From an uncultured Bacilli bacterium (GTDB taxonomy: Bacteria > Bacillota_I > Bacilli_A > RF39 > UBA660), in assembly GCA_944359085.1 (NCBI GenBank), contig CALVSQ010000003.1, positions 1 through 54,694 on the forward strand: a DNA stretch of 54,694 nt, read 5' to 3'. Position numbers and translations under genes: made by a program. Below are positions 40,654 to 51,495 of this stretch, in pieces (within the stretch, counting starts at the first letter, position 1; each line of letters begins with the position of its first letter). Below the pieces are notes generated by a model. That model had not been told where the DNA came from, did not search any database, and worked only from the letters and a program-made list of their open reading frames with translations.

Positions 40654-42045
40654 ATGAAATTATATAATACTTTAAACAAAAAAATAGAAGAATTTAAACC
40701 ATATAATGAAAATATGGTAAATATGTATACTTGTGGTCCTACAGTTTATCATTATGCACATATTGGAAATTTAAGAACTTACATATTTGAAGATATTTTA
40801 GAAAAAGGATTAGAATATGTTGGTTATAATGTAAAAAGATGTATGAATATTACTGATGTTGGCCATATGTCTAGTGATGCTGATACAGGTGAAGATAAAA
40901 TGATTAAAGGTGCTCAAAGAGAACATAAAACAGTATATGAAATAGCTGATTTTTATACTAAAGCTTTTTTTGAGGATTGTGATAAATTAAATATCAGAAA
41001 ACCTAAAATTGTTGAAAAAGCATCAGATCATATAGATGTTTATATTAAAATGATTACGAAATTATTGGCTGATGGCTATGCATATATATCAAATGGAAAT
41101 GTTTATTTTGATATTTCTAAAGCCAAAGATTATTATAAATTATCTGGTAAAAATCCAGACGAATTATTGATTGGTGCAAGAGATGATGTTGAGGAAGATA
41201 TACATAAAAAAAATCCTTATGATTTTGGATTGTGGTTTACAATTAGTAAATTTGAAAATCAAGCCATGAAATGGGATAGTCCATGGGGTGTAGGTTATCC
41301 AGGTTGGCATATTGAATGTTCAGGTCTATCAATTAATTATTTAGGTGAATTTTTAGATATTCATTGTGGTGGTGTAGATAATATATTTCCACATCATACT
41401 AATGAAATAGCCCAATCAGAAGCTTATCTAGGCCATAAATGGTGTAATTATTGGTTACATGGTGAACATTTAAATGATGTTACAGGCAAAATGAGTAAAT
41501 CTAAAGGAGAATTTTTAACTGTTTCATTATTGGAAAGTAAAGGTTATAATCCTTTAGCATATAGATTTTTCTGTCTTCAATCACATTATCGTAATCAATT
41601 AGTATTTACTTATGATGCATTAGATAAAGCTACTAGTACTTATAATAAATTATTAAATAAAATTAAAAATATTAAAGATGATGGAAATGTTGATAATGAT
41701 ATAGTAAAAAAATATCAAGACAAATTTAAAGATGCAATAAGTAATGATTTGAATACTTCTTTAATGTTAACTTGTTTATATGATATATTAAAAGAAGATA
41801 CAACAGATAAAACTAAATTAGAAATAATTAAAGATTATGATAAAGTTTTATCATTAAATTTATTAAATAATGAAAAAAAATTAGATGAAGAATTAATAAA
41901 ATATATTAATGAAAAATTAGAAGAAAGAAAGTTAGCTAAACAGAATAAAGATTATGAAAAAGCTGATAATATAAGAAAAGAATTAGAAAGTAAAAATATT
42001 AAAATAAAAGATACCAGAGAAGGTACAATATACGAGGTGATTTAA
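40654..42045 (+). CDS. cysS: Cysteinyl-tRNA synthetase
   Basis: MYTCGPTVY, HIGN, PGWHIECS, FPHHTNE, KMSKS. Confidence 0.98.
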   Translation: MKLYNTLNKKIEEFKPYNENMVNMYTCGPTVYHYAHIGNLRTYIFEDILEKGLEYVGYNVKRCMNITDVGHMSSDADTGEDKMIKGAQREHKTVYEIADFYTKAFFEDCDKLNIRKPKIVEKASDHIDVYIKMITKLLADGYAYISNGNVYFDISKAKDYYKLSGKNPDELLIGARDDVEEDIHKKNPYDFGLWFTISKFENQAMKWDSPWGVGYPGWHIECSGLSINYLGEFLDIHCGGVDNIFPHHTNEIAQSEAYLGHKWCNYWLHGEHLNDVTGKMSKSKGEFLTVSLLESKGYNPLAYRFFCLQSHYRNQLVFTYDALDKATSTYNKLLNKIKNIKDDGNVDNDIVKKYQDKFKDAISNDLNTSLMLTCLYDILKEDTTDKTKLEIIKDYDKVLSLNLLNNEKKLDEELIKYINEKLEERKLAKQNKDYEKADNIRKELESKNIKIKDTREGTIYEVI

Positions 42046-42722
42046 TGGATTTATTCATATATTACGGATTAGGATTATTAGGTTTAATAATTGTATTATG
42101 GGCACAATTTAATGTGACAGGTAATTATAAAAAATATAGAGGATATAAAGTAAAATCTAATTTAACTGGTCAAGAAGTGGCTAGAAAAATATTAGACGCA
42201 AATGGCTTAAAAGATGTTTATGTAGTTGAAACTAAAGGTGAATTAACAGATCATTATGATCCTTCTAGAAAAGTTGTTAGATTATCTAGTGCAATTTTCC
42301 ATGAAGAATCTATTTCTTCCGTTGGTGTTGCTGCTCATGAATGTGGTCATGCTATTCAAGATAAAGAAGGATATACTTTTATGAGAATTAGATCTGCTTT
42401 AGTGCCTTTTGTAAATTTAATTTCATATCTAGGTTATTTTGGATTAATTATATCTATATTTGCAGGGTTAACTGGTTATTTAAAAATAAGTATCTTAATT
42501 TTAGGTGTCACTATTTTATTCCAATTAGTTACATTACCAGTTGAATTTGATGCTTCTAAGCGAGCAAAAGAACAATTAATTTCTTTAGGTTTAATTGACG
42601 ATAATGAGCATGAACAAGTAAGCAAAGTCTTATTTGCCGCTGCTATGACATATGTAGCAGGGTTAATTTCTAACTTACTACAATTATTAAGATTAGTTTT
42701 AATATTAAATGATCGAGACTAG
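42045..42722 (+). CDS. YugP-like membrane neutral zinc metallopeptidase
   Basis: LTDHYDP, VAAHECGHAIQ, TLPVEFDASKRA, AAAMTYVA. Confidence 0.92.
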   Translation: MDLFIYYGLGLLGLIIVLWAQFNVTGNYKKYRGYKVKSNLTGQEVARKILDANGLKDVYVVETKGELTDHYDPSRKVVRLSSAIFHEESISSVGVAAHECGHAIQDKEGYTFMRIRSALVPFVNLISYLGYFGLIISIFAGLTGYLKISILILGVTILFQLVTLPVEFDASKRAKEQLISLGLIDDNEHEQVSKVLFAAAMTYVAGLISNLLQLLRLVLILNDRD

Positions 42723-43569
42723 TGGATTATTAGTTGTTAATAAATCAAAAGATGTAACAAGTAGAGATGTAGTTAATGAAGTATCAAAAATATTTAAAAC
42801 TAAAAAAATAGGTCATACTGGAACATTAGATCCTATTGCTACTGGTGTTTTAGTTTTAACTATCAATAAAGCTACTAAATTAAGTGAAATAATAACTAGT
42901 GAAGAAAAAGTTTATCAAGCAGAAGTTGTTTTAGGTATAAAAACAGATACTTTAGATATAACTGGAAATGTTTTAGAAGAATATAATACAAACTATAAAA
43001 AAGAAGAAATTGTTAAAGTATTAAATTCTTTTATTGGATCATATAATCAAGAAGTACCTATTTATTCTGCTGTTAAAATAAATGGTAAAAAATTATATGA
43101 ATACGCTAGAAATAATGAAGAAGTTACTTTACCTAAAAGAATGGTGACTATTAAAGAAATTAAATTAGATGAATTAAATTATATTGATAACAAAACAGTA
43201 TTTAAATTTACTTGTAAAGTGAGTAAAGGAACTTATATTAGAAGTTTAATTAATGATATTGCAACCAAATTAAATACTATTGGAACAATGAAAAATTTAA
43301 TAAGAATAGAACAAGGTAATTTTAACATTAAAAATTCTTATACTTTAGAAGATATTAAAAATAATAACTATAAAATAATACTAATTAAAGAAGCTTTAAA
43401 AGATTATTTTACTGTAAAAGTAGATGATAAATTAAAATTTAAAGTTATGAATGGTCAAATATTAGATAATATTTATAATCAAGAATATGTATTATTTATC
43501 GATGATGATGTAATTGGACTATATAAAGAAGAAGGAAATAAATTAAAACCTTATAAAATGTTTATTTAA
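42709..43569 (+). CDS. truB: tRNA pseudouridine(55) synthase
   Basis: GHTGTLDPIATGVL, YSAVKINGKKLYEYAR, SKGTYIRSL. Confidence 0.97.
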   Translation: MIETSGLLVVNKSKDVTSRDVVNEVSKIFKTKKIGHTGTLDPIATGVLVLTINKATKLSEIITSEEKVYQAEVVLGIKTDTLDITGNVLEEYNTNYKKEEIVKVLNSFIGSYNQEVPIYSAVKINGKKLYEYARNNEEVTLPKRMVTIKEIKLDELNYIDNKTVFKFTCKVSKGTYIRSLINDIATKLNTIGTMKNLIRIEQGNFNIKNSYTLEDIKNNNYKIILIKEALKDYFTVKVDDKLKFKVMNGQILDNIYNQEYVLFIDDDVIGLYKEEGNKLKPYKMFI

Positions 43570-43610
43570 CTCTTTACTTTTTATTAAATATAGTGTATTA
43601 TTAAATAGTA

Positions 43611-43658
43611 CTTATTTCTAGGAATTAAATCTTCTCCGGTTTATTTCTTGGATTTGAG
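43611..43658 (+). promoter_or_regulatory. Putative S15 autoregulatory leader hairpin
   Basis: Imperfect 21-bp stem cttatttctaggaattaaatc / ggtttatttcttggatttgag with G-U pairs in the rpsO 5' UTR. Confidence 0.6.
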
Positions 43659-43686
43659 CAAATATATAAGAAAGGAGATTTATAAA

Positions 43687-43956
43687 ATGGCTTTAACAAA
43701 AGAAAGAAAAGCAGAATTAGTTAAGAAATTTGGTAAAAATGAACAAGATACTGGTAGTATTGAAGTTCAAATTGCTATCTTAACTGATGAAATAAACACT
43801 TTAACTGAACATTTAAAAGAACACGATCATGATTTCCATTCAAGACGTGGTTTACTTAAAAAAGTAGGTCAAAGAAGAAGTTTATTAAATTACTTATTGA
43901 AACATGATGTAACAAGATACAGAAAAGTAATTAAAGAATTAAATTTAAGAAAGTAG
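43687..43956 (+). CDS. rpsO: 30S ribosomal protein S15
   Basis: [33 protein letters not shown]; RBS aaggag supports ATG 43687. Confidence 0.98.
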   Translation: MALTKERKAELVKKFGKNEQDTGSIEVQIAILTDEINTLTEHLKEHDHDFHSRRGLLKKVGQRRSLLNYLLKHDVTRYRKVIKELNLRK

Positions 43957-43980
43957 GCACTCTTTTTAAGTGCCTTTTTT
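43955..43980 (+). terminator. rpsO terminator
   Basis: aggcact-cttttta-agtgcct-ttttt. Confidence 0.8.
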
Positions 43981-43993
43981 ATTAGGAGGAATT

Positions 43994-46117
43994 ATGAAGA
44001 GAACATTTGAATTAGATTTTAGAGGAAGAAAGATTATAGTTGAAAATGGCGAGCTTGCTAAACAAGCACATGGATCAATATTAGTAAGATATGGTGATAC
44101 AGTTGTTTTATCAACTGTTGTTATGTCTAAAAATGTTAATTTATTAGCTGATTTTTTTCCATTAACAGTTTTATATAATGAAAAATTATATTCAGTAGGT
44201 AAAATACCAGGTGGATTTATTAAAAGAGAAGGAAGACCTACTGAAAACGCTACTTTAGCTGCTCGTATGATCGATAGACCAATGAGACCTTTATTTCCAG
44301 AAGATTTTAAAAATGAAGTCCAAATCGTAAATACTGTTTTATCAGTTGATCAAGATAATAGCCCTGAAATAACTGCTTTATTTGGTTCTTCTTTAGCTAC
44401 TTGTATAAGTCAAGTACCATTCAATGGTCCAGTAGCTGGAGTTAAAGTTGGAAGAGTTGATGGTAAATTTATTATTAATCCAACTGTTGAAGAAACTGAA
44501 AAATCTGATATAGATTTAACTGTATCTGGAACTAAAGAAGCAATTAATATGGTTGAAGCAGGGGCTAAAGAAGTTAGTGAAGAAGATATGTTAGAAGCTT
44601 TAATGTTTGGTCATGAAGCAATTAAAGAATTAATTGAATTTCAAGAAAAAATAATTGAAGAAATAGGTGTAGAAAAATATGATTATCCTAAATTAGAAAT
44701 ATCTTTAGAATTAACTAATGAAGTAACTGATTTAATTAAGGATGATATTGATAAAGCTCTAAGAATTAAAGATAAGTTAGAAAAATATGCTAAATTAGAT
44801 GAAATAAAAGAAAATTTATTAGAAAAATATACTGACGAATCTTTAAAAGAAGATGAATTAAAAGAATTATTAACTAAGGTAGCTAATATATTTGAAAATG
44901 TTAAATATGAAGTATTTAGAAATATTGTAGTTAAAGAAAAAATAAGAGCTGATGGTAGAAAAATGACAGAAATAAGACCTTTATCTACTGCTATTGATTT
45001 ATTACCTAGAACTCATGGTTCAGCTTTATTTACAAGAGGAGAAACACAAAGTTTATCTGTAACTACTTTAGGTGCTTTAGGTGAACACCAAATATTGGAT
45101 GGATTAGGAATTGAAGATTCTAAAAGATTTATATTACATTACAATTTCCCTCAATTTTCAGTTGGAGAAACAGGAAGATATGGCGCTCCTGGTAGAAGAG
45201 AAATTGGACATGGTGCTTTAGGTGAAAGAGCTTTATTACAAGTAATACCTTCTGAAGAAGAATTCCCTTATACAATAAGAGTTGTATCTGAAATATTGGA
45301 ATCTAATGGTAGTAGTAGCCAAGCAAGTATTTGTGCAGGTTGTATGAGTTTAATGGCAGCTGGTGTACCTATTAAAGCTCCAGTAGCCGGTATTGCTATG
45401 GGATTAATTACAAGTGGGGACGATTATACTATTTTAACTGATATTCAAGGATTAGAAGATCATTTAGGAGACATGGACTTTAAAGTAGCAGGTACTAAAA
45501 ATGGTATTTGTGCATTACAAATGGATATTAAAATAAAAGGTATAACTAAACAAATTCTAAAAGAAGCTTTAGCGCAAGCTCATAAAGCAAGATTAGAAAT
45601 ATTAAAAGTTATTGCTAAACAAATTAAAGAACCACGTAAAGAAGTAAGTAAATATGCACCTAAAATGATGACATTTAATATCGACCCTAATAAGATCAAA
45701 GATGTTATTGGTAAAGGTGGAGAAATGATTACTAAAATTATTTTAGAAGCAAGTAATGTAAATACTGTAACGGATATTAATGCTGTTAAAGTTGATTTAG
45801 AAGATGATGGTAGAGTAATTATTTATCACACTGATAAAGATATAATTGAAAAAACTGCTAATATGATTAAAGATGTAGTTAAAGAAGTTGAAACTGGAAA
45901 AATTTATACTGGTAAAGTTGTAAAAGTTGAAGACTTTGGATGCTTTGTTGAATTATGGCCAGGGGTTGAAGGATTAGTACATGTTTCTCATTTAGCTAAA
46001 GAACGTGTTGAAAAACCAAGTGATGTAGTTAAAGTTGGAGATGAAATAATAGTTAAATCATTAGGATATGATAAAAAAGGAAGACTTAATTTATCACGTA
46101 AAGAAGCTTTAAAATAG
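43994..46117 (+). CDS. pnp: Polyribonucleotide nucleotidyltransferase (PNPase)
   Basis: [36 protein letters not shown] and S1 domains; RBS aggagg before ATG 43994. Confidence 0.98.
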   Translation: MKRTFELDFRGRKIIVENGELAKQAHGSILVRYGDTVVLSTVVMSKNVNLLADFFPLTVLYNEKLYSVGKIPGGFIKREGRPTENATLAARMIDRPMRPLFPEDFKNEVQIVNTVLSVDQDNSPEITALFGSSLATCISQVPFNGPVAGVKVGRVDGKFIINPTVEETEKSDIDLTVSGTKEAINMVEAGAKEVSEEDMLEALMFGHEAIKELIEFQEKIIEEIGVEKYDYPKLEISLELTNEVTDLIKDDIDKALRIKDKLEKYAKLDEIKENLLEKYTDESLKEDELKELLTKVANIFENVKYEVFRNIVVKEKIRADGRKMTEIRPLSTAIDLLPRTHGSALFTRGETQSLSVTTLGALGEHQILDGLGIEDSKRFILHYNFPQFSVGETGRYGAPGRREIGHGALGERALLQVIPSEEEFPYTIRVVSEILESNGSSSQASICAGCMSLMAAGVPIKAPVAGIAMGLITSGDDYTILTDIQGLEDHLGDMDFKVAGTKNGICALQMDIKIKGITKQILKEALAQAHKARLEILKVIAKQIKEPRKEVSKYAPKMMTFNIDPNKIKDVIGKGGEMITKIILEASNVNTVTDINAVKVDLEDDGRVIIYHTDKDIIEKTANMIKDVVKEVETGKIYTGKVVKVEDFGCFVELWPGVEGLVHVSHLAKERVEKPSDVVKVGDEIIVKSLGYDKKGRLNLSRKEALK

Positions 46118-46127
46118 GATATATTAA

Positions 46128-46973
46128 ATGATAAATATAGAAAATATAAATGAAAATATTAGAAATTATTTAGAAGATATATATATTACTTTACAAGATA
46201 AATATGGTGATAACGCTGGAATTAAATATTATGAATTATTAGATGAATTAAAAGATAATAAACCGAATGTATATGAAATAATAGTAAGCATAATGTTTTT
46301 GGATACTATAAGATTATTGATTGATAAGTATAATAAAAATTTTATAACAGAAGAAGAAAAAATAATTTTAGAATATTTAAAAGAATTAAATAATATTGAT
46401 GATTTATTAGAAGAACTTGAAGAAAATAAAAATTTGTTAAGTATTATAATAAATGGTCCTTTTAAATTTAATCGTTTAAATGTTAAAGGAAAAGCAACAA
46501 TGTTATTAGTAACACCTATAGAATATGCCAATCAGTTTAATAAATTTCATTATTTAGAAATGATGTGTACTTTTAAAGAAAGAACAAAAGAAGAAATAAT
46601 TAATTTATACAAAGAAACAAAAAGTTATCAAGATGTTTTAAATGTTGTAGATGTATTATATTTAGGAAATATAAAAGGTTTTTCAAAATTATTATTATTT
46701 ATGATTAGAACATTTTATAAATGGAAAAAAGTTATTTTATTAACACATCCAGAATCAATATCAAATAAAGAAATTGATCTAATAAACATTATTGAAAGTA
46801 ATAGTATTGATGATGCTATTTATAAAATTTCTTGTGATTTTGATTTGATTGAAATAATAGTTGAAAGTTTTATATTTTATGAAACAAATGATATGTCATT
46901 CAAAGAAGAAATTGAAGAATTATATAATAAATTAGTTTCTGATGAAATTAAGATAAAATTAAAAGAAGTATAA
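46128..46973 (+). CDS. Hypothetical helical protein
   Basis: 281-aa ORF directly after pnp; no motif recognised. Confidence 0.7.
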   Translation: MINIENINENIRNYLEDIYITLQDKYGDNAGIKYYELLDELKDNKPNVYEIIVSIMFLDTIRLLIDKYNKNFITEEEKIILEYLKELNNIDDLLEELEENKNLLSIIINGPFKFNRLNVKGKATMLLVTPIEYANQFNKFHYLEMMCTFKERTKEEIINLYKETKSYQDVLNVVDVLYLGNIKGFSKLLLFMIRTFYKWKKVILLTHPESISNKEIDLINIIESNSIDDAIYKISCDFDLIEIIVESFIFYETNDMSFKEEIEELYNKLVSDEIKIKLKEV

Positions 46974-47333
46974 TTATTTTAACAATTCATATACTTCTTC
47001 TAAAGATTTATCTTTTTTATTTTTGTAAAAAGGTTTTAAATGAAGATGAAAATGTTTTACTTCTTGAATATCACCACTATTTTGAATAAGAGTTAATCCA
47101 TCACAATTTAATTTTTCTTCAATTCTTTTTTTAAGTAGTTTAGCTATTTTCATTATATGTTTTAATATTTCAATATCGATATCATCTAAATCTAAATAAT
47201 GTTTTTTAGGTACAATTAAAGTATGACCAACACTATCAGGATTAATATCTAAAAAAGCATATACAACATCATCTTCATATATTTTATATGATGGAATTTC
47301 CTTATTAATAATTTTACAAAATAAACAATCCAT
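46974..47333 (-). CDS. HIT-family nucleotide hydrolase
   Basis: CLFCKI, AFLDINP, GHTLIVPKKH, HFHLHL triad. Confidence 0.95.
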   Translation of the reverse strand: MDCLFCKIINKEIPSYKIYEDDVVYAFLDINPDSVGHTLIVPKKHYLDLDDIDIEILKHIMKIAKLLKKRIEEKLNCDGLTLIQNSGDIQEVKHFHLHLKPFYKNKKDKSLEEVYELLK

Positions 47334-47495
47334 ATTTTTACCTCCATTATAATTATATCAAAAAAAATCTAGTTTATCTAGATTTCGTGAATATCTGCGA
47401 ATATTCTATATTAATATTGATTAAATATTAATAAAATTATGCAGTTTTACTTAAAAAATAAGTTTTTTTAGTGTATAATTATATTGGTGATATTA

Positions 47496-48260
47496 ATGCA
47501 TGTACTAAAAATTGAAAATTTAACTGTTGAAATAGAAAATAAAACAATATTAAAAAACTTTAATTTAGAAGTTAAATCAGGAGAAATACACGCTATAATG
47601 GGGCCTAATGGAACTGGTAAATCTACTTTATCAAAAGTTATAATGGGAGACCCAAATTATAAAATAATTGAAGGTACTATTAAGTATGATGATACTATAA
47701 TAAATGAATATACAACAGATGAAAGAGCTAGATTAGGTCTATTTTTAAGTATGCAAATGCCTTTAGAAATAGAAGGTGTTACAAATGCAGATTTACTTAG
47801 AACAGCTTGTCATATAAAAGAGGGAACTAATTTTAAATTATTTGATTTTATCAAAAAATTAGAGAATAATGTTTCAAAATTAAAAATGGATAAAGAAATG
47901 ATTCATCGAAGCGTTAATGTTGGTTTTTCTGGTGGTGAAAGAAAGAAAAATGAAATATTACAAATGTATATGTTAGAACCTTCTTTAGTTATTTTAGATG
48001 AAATAGATTCTGGACTTGATGTTGATAGTTTAAAAATAGTTGGAAATAATGTTATGGATTATTTTAAAGAATATAAACCTATTTTAATTGTTATTACTCA
48101 TTATCAAAGATTACTAGATTATATAAAACCTGATTATGTTCATATATTAAAAAATGGAAATATAATTAAAAGTGGTGATAGTAGTTTAGTTAAAGAAATT
48201 GAAACAAATGGTTATAATTCTAGTGAATTTGCTATAAAGGAAAATAACAAAGATGAATAG
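47496..48260 (+). CDS. sufC: Fe-S cluster assembly ATPase SufC
   Basis: MGPNGTGKSTL, NVGFSGGERKKNEILQ, LDEIDSGLDVD, ITHYQRLL. Confidence 0.96.
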   Translation: MHVLKIENLTVEIENKTILKNFNLEVKSGEIHAIMGPNGTGKSTLSKVIMGDPNYKIIEGTIKYDDTIINEYTTDERARLGLFLSMQMPLEIEGVTNADLLRTACHIKEGTNFKLFDFIKKLENNVSKLKMDKEMIHRSVNVGFSGGERKKNEILQMYMLEPSLVILDEIDSGLDVDSLKIVGNNVMDYFKEYKPILIVITHYQRLLDYIKPDYVHILKNGNIIKSGDSSLVKEIETNGYNSSEFAIKENNKDE

Positions 48261-49002
48261 AATAATAATATCTAATAATCAATTTGATTTAAACAATATT
48301 GAATATAATTATAAAGAAGATTTAATAAGTAAATTAAACTTAAAAGTTATAAAAAATACAAAATTAGAATTAATAATCGATAAAGAGATTAAATTAGATA
48401 TAAATATTGAGTTATTAGATGATGTTAAATTAGATTTTGTTATAATTAAAAAAGCTAAAACCAAAATATTAACTAAATACAAATTGAATGAAAACAGTAT
48501 ATTGAATATAACTGAAATAAGCGATAGCGATATTATTAATGAACGAAATATTATTAATTTAAACGGCAAAAATTCTAAAATTAATTTTATTTTAAAAACT
48601 GTTTGCAAAAATAATGAGAAATATGATATTGTAATTAATCATAATAATATTAAAACTGAAAGCAATGTTGTAACTAATGGTGTTAATATAAGTGGTAATT
48701 TATATTTTACTGTTACCTCATATGTACCAAAAGGAATTAAAAAATGTATAGTCAATCAACAAAACAGAATAATCAATTTAACAGATAATGAATGTTTAAT
48801 AAGACCCAATTTATTAATAGATGAGGTAGACGTAATAGCTAATCATAGTGCTTTAATTGGTTCGTTTAAAGACGAAGAGTTATTTTATATGCAAAGATTA
48901 GGTATTGATATAGCTACTGCTAATAAATTATTAATAGAAGGTTTTATTAAAAGTAAAATAAATAAAAATCTAGCAAATTATTTAAAAAAATATTGGAGGT
49001 GA
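48253..49002 (+). CDS. sufD: SufD-like Fe-S assembly protein (short)
   Basis: PNLLIDEVDVIANHSA, ELFYMQRLGI, LLIEGF; between sufC and sufS. Confidence 0.85.
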   Translation: MNRIIISNNQFDLNNIEYNYKEDLISKLNLKVIKNTKLELIIDKEIKLDINIELLDDVKLDFVIIKKAKTKILTKYKLNENSILNITEISDSDIINERNIINLNGKNSKINFILKTVCKNNEKYDIVINHNNIKTESNVVTNGVNISGNLYFTVTSYVPKGIKKCIVNQQNRIINLTDNECLIRPNLLIDEVDVIANHSALIGSFKDEELFYMQRLGIDIATANKLLIEGFIKSKINKNLANYLKKYWR

Positions 49003-49007
49003 TTAAA

Positions 49008-50198
49008 ATGAATCGTGAGGACTTTAATATATTAAGTAAAAATATTATATATTTGGATAATGGAGCTACTTCATTAAAACCAAGATGTATTGCTAATAGT
49101 GTTTCAGAATATTATAACAATTATAGTGCCAACGCTCATCGCGGGGATTACAATTTATCATTAGAAGTTGATAATAAATATGAAGGTACGAGAACTTTAG
49201 TAAAAGATTTTATCAATGCTAGAAAAAATAAAGAAATAATTTTTACTAGTGGAGCTACTGATTCATTAAATAAAATAATATTTGGATATTTTAGAAATTA
49301 CTTAAAAGAAGATGATGAGGTTTTAATAACTAAAAGCGAACATGCATCTAATGTATTACCTTGGTTTGAATTAAAAGATGAAATAAATATTAAAGTAAAT
49401 TATATTCCTTTAAGTAATTTAGAAGTAACTTTAGATAATGTTAAAAATAGTATAACAGATAAAACTAAAGTAATAAGTATTGCTCATATTACTAATGTAG
49501 TAGGGGATATTAGACCTATTAAAGAAATAATTAAATATGCTCATAGTAAAAATATATTAGTTATAATAGATGGTGCTCAAAGCGTTGCTCATACTAAAAT
49601 TGATGTTCAAGATTTAGATATAGATTTTTTAGCTTTTTCCGCTCATAAGATGCTAGGCCCAACTGGTGTTGGAGTTTTATATGGTAAGGAAGAATTATTA
49701 AATAATATTAAGCCAATTATATTTGGTGGAGGAATGAACGCTAGTTTCCAATTTGATGGTACAAGAGTATATAACGAATTGCCATCTTTATTGGAGGCAG
49801 GTACACCTAACATAGCTGGTGTAATTGGTTTAGGTGAAGCTATCAAGTATTTAAATAATATTGGAATGGATAATATAGCAAAATATGAAAAAGATTTAAA
49901 GAAATATGCCGTTAATAAATTAAAAGAAGTAAAAGATATTATTATTTACAATGAAAATAGTGAAAGTGGTATTATAACTTTTAATATTAAAGATATATTC
50001 GCACAGGATCTAGCCATTTATTTAAATAAATATAACATTTGTGTAAGAGCTGGTAATCATTGTGCTAAAATACTTAAAGATGAAATAGGTATTAAAAATA
50101 CATGCCGTGTAAGTTTATATTTTTATAATACCAAAGAAGAAATAGATTATTTAGTAAATGTTTTAAATAATAAAAATATTAAAGATGAAATTATCTAG
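49008..50198 (+). CDS. sufS: Cysteine desulfurase SufS
   Basis: YLDNGATS, DGAQS, FSAHKMLGPTGVG, EAGTP, VRAGNHCA; RBS ggaggtga supports ATG 49008. Confidence 0.95.
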   Translation: MNREDFNILSKNIIYLDNGATSLKPRCIANSVSEYYNNYSANAHRGDYNLSLEVDNKYEGTRTLVKDFINARKNKEIIFTSGATDSLNKIIFGYFRNYLKEDDEVLITKSEHASNVLPWFELKDEINIKVNYIPLSNLEVTLDNVKNSITDKTKVISIAHITNVVGDIRPIKEIIKYAHSKNILVIIDGAQSVAHTKIDVQDLDIDFLAFSAHKMLGPTGVGVLYGKEELLNNIKPIIFGGGMNASFQFDGTRVYNELPSLLEAGTPNIAGVIGLGEAIKYLNNIGMDNIAKYEKDLKKYAVNKLKEVKDIIIYNENSESGIITFNIKDIFAQDLAIYLNKYNICVRAGNHCAKILKDEIGIKNTCRVSLYFYNTKEEIDYLVNVLNNKNIKDEII

Positions 50199-50239
50199 AA
50201 AATTTTGTCTTTTTTTGTTATAATTAAATAGTGATGATT

Positions 50240-51151
50240 ATGAAGAAAATATTATTAATATTATTGTTATTATTAACAGGCTGTGGTAAACAAGAATATA
50301 GTAAAAATTTATTTTATATGGATACAGTTATAAATATCAAATTATATAATGTTAATGAAAAAAAAGCTAATGAAGCATTTAATTACTTAGATAGTCTATA
50401 TCAAAAATACGAAAATTTAACTGATTTTTATGATTCTAATAGTGAATTATCAAAATTAAATAATGATGTTAATTATGAAATATCTAGTGAACTATTAGAT
50501 TTAATTAAAATTGGATATGAGTGGAATATTAAAACAAATGGATTATTAAATGTTAATATCGGTAATTTAACTAAAATATGGCACGATTTTAGAGAAAATC
50601 CTGTTAGTTTACCTAATTTAGATGATGTTAAAATAGAAAGTTTAAAAATGGAAAATGATAAGATTTTAAATGATAAAGTTAACATTGATTTAGGTGCTAT
50701 TGTTAAAGGATATGTTACAGAAAAAGCAGGTAACTATTTAAAAAACATTGGCATAGATTATTATTTAATTAATGCTGGTGGTAATGTTAAAGCTGGAAAA
50801 AGCAATAAGGGTTATTATAATATTGGTATTGCTAGTCCTATTAGTAACGAAACATTTGAAATTGTCAAAGCTGAAAATATTAGTGTAGTAACTAGTGGTG
50901 GATATGAAAGATTTTATGAATATAATGGTGTAATGTATCATCATATTATTGATCCTAATACTTTATATCCTGCTAATAATATGAAAAGTGTAACTGTTAT
51001 AGGTGAAGATAGTGGTTTATGTGATATTTTATCAACTACTTTGTTTTTAATGGATATAGATGAAGGTAAAGAATTTATAAAAGATTATGATGTAAAAGTT
51101 ATTTGGTTTACTAATGATGATCAGATTATAAAAAGTGATAATTATGAATAA
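50240..51151 (+). CDS. apbE: ApbE/FmnB FAD:protein FMN transferase lipoprotein
   Basis: Lipobox LTGC, MDT, DLGAIVKGY, INAGGNV, TSGGYERF, YHHIIDP, D.LST. Confidence 0.93.
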   Translation: MKKILLILLLLLTGCGKQEYSKNLFYMDTVINIKLYNVNEKKANEAFNYLDSLYQKYENLTDFYDSNSELSKLNNDVNYEISSELLDLIKIGYEWNIKTNGLLNVNIGNLTKIWHDFRENPVSLPNLDDVKIESLKMENDKILNDKVNIDLGAIVKGYVTEKAGNYLKNIGIDYYLINAGGNVKAGKSNKGYYNIGIASPISNETFEIVKAENISVVTSGGYERFYEYNGVMYHHIIDPNTLYPANNMKSVTVIGEDSGLCDILSTTLFLMDIDEGKEFIKDYDVKVIWFTNDDQIIKSDNYE

Positions 51152-51494
51152 AAATGATATAAAATTAGTAGTTATTGTTTTGATTATTATTATTTTATTA
51201 TTTTCTTTAACATTGTTTAGAAAAAAAGCTAATATTGCTAATGTATATTATGAAAATGAATTAATATTAGAAATAGATTTAAGTATAAATAAAATTTATG
51301 AAGTAGATGGATATAATGGTAAAGTTAAAATAGAAGTATTAAATAATCAAATAAGAGTAGTTGAAGAAAATAGTCCATATCATTTATGTTCTAAACAAGG
51401 ATTTGTTTCTAAAAGTGGGGAATCAATTATATGTTTGCCAAATAAAATAATAATTGAATTACCTAGTGATGAATTGGATGCTGAGGTGAGTTAA
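51144..51494 (+). CDS. NusG domain II (DUF1312-like) membrane-anchored protein
   Basis: TM then SPYHLCSKQGFVS...SIICLPNKIII. Confidence 0.85.
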   Translation: MNKNDIKLVVIVLIIIILLFSLTLFRKKANIANVYYENELILEIDLSINKIYEVDGYNGKVKIEVLNNQIRVVEENSPYHLCSKQGFVSKSGESIICLPNKIIIELPSDELDAEVS

Positions 51495-51495
51495 T

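Noticed and set aside
16442-46973. Basic C-terminal tails on orphans (SRVIK, KKLIKEYK, KTLTKTQ, IKLKEV) as a secretion signal
   Set aside because: K/I/L are abundant in AT-rich proteomes; too few cases without a genome-wide enrichment test.
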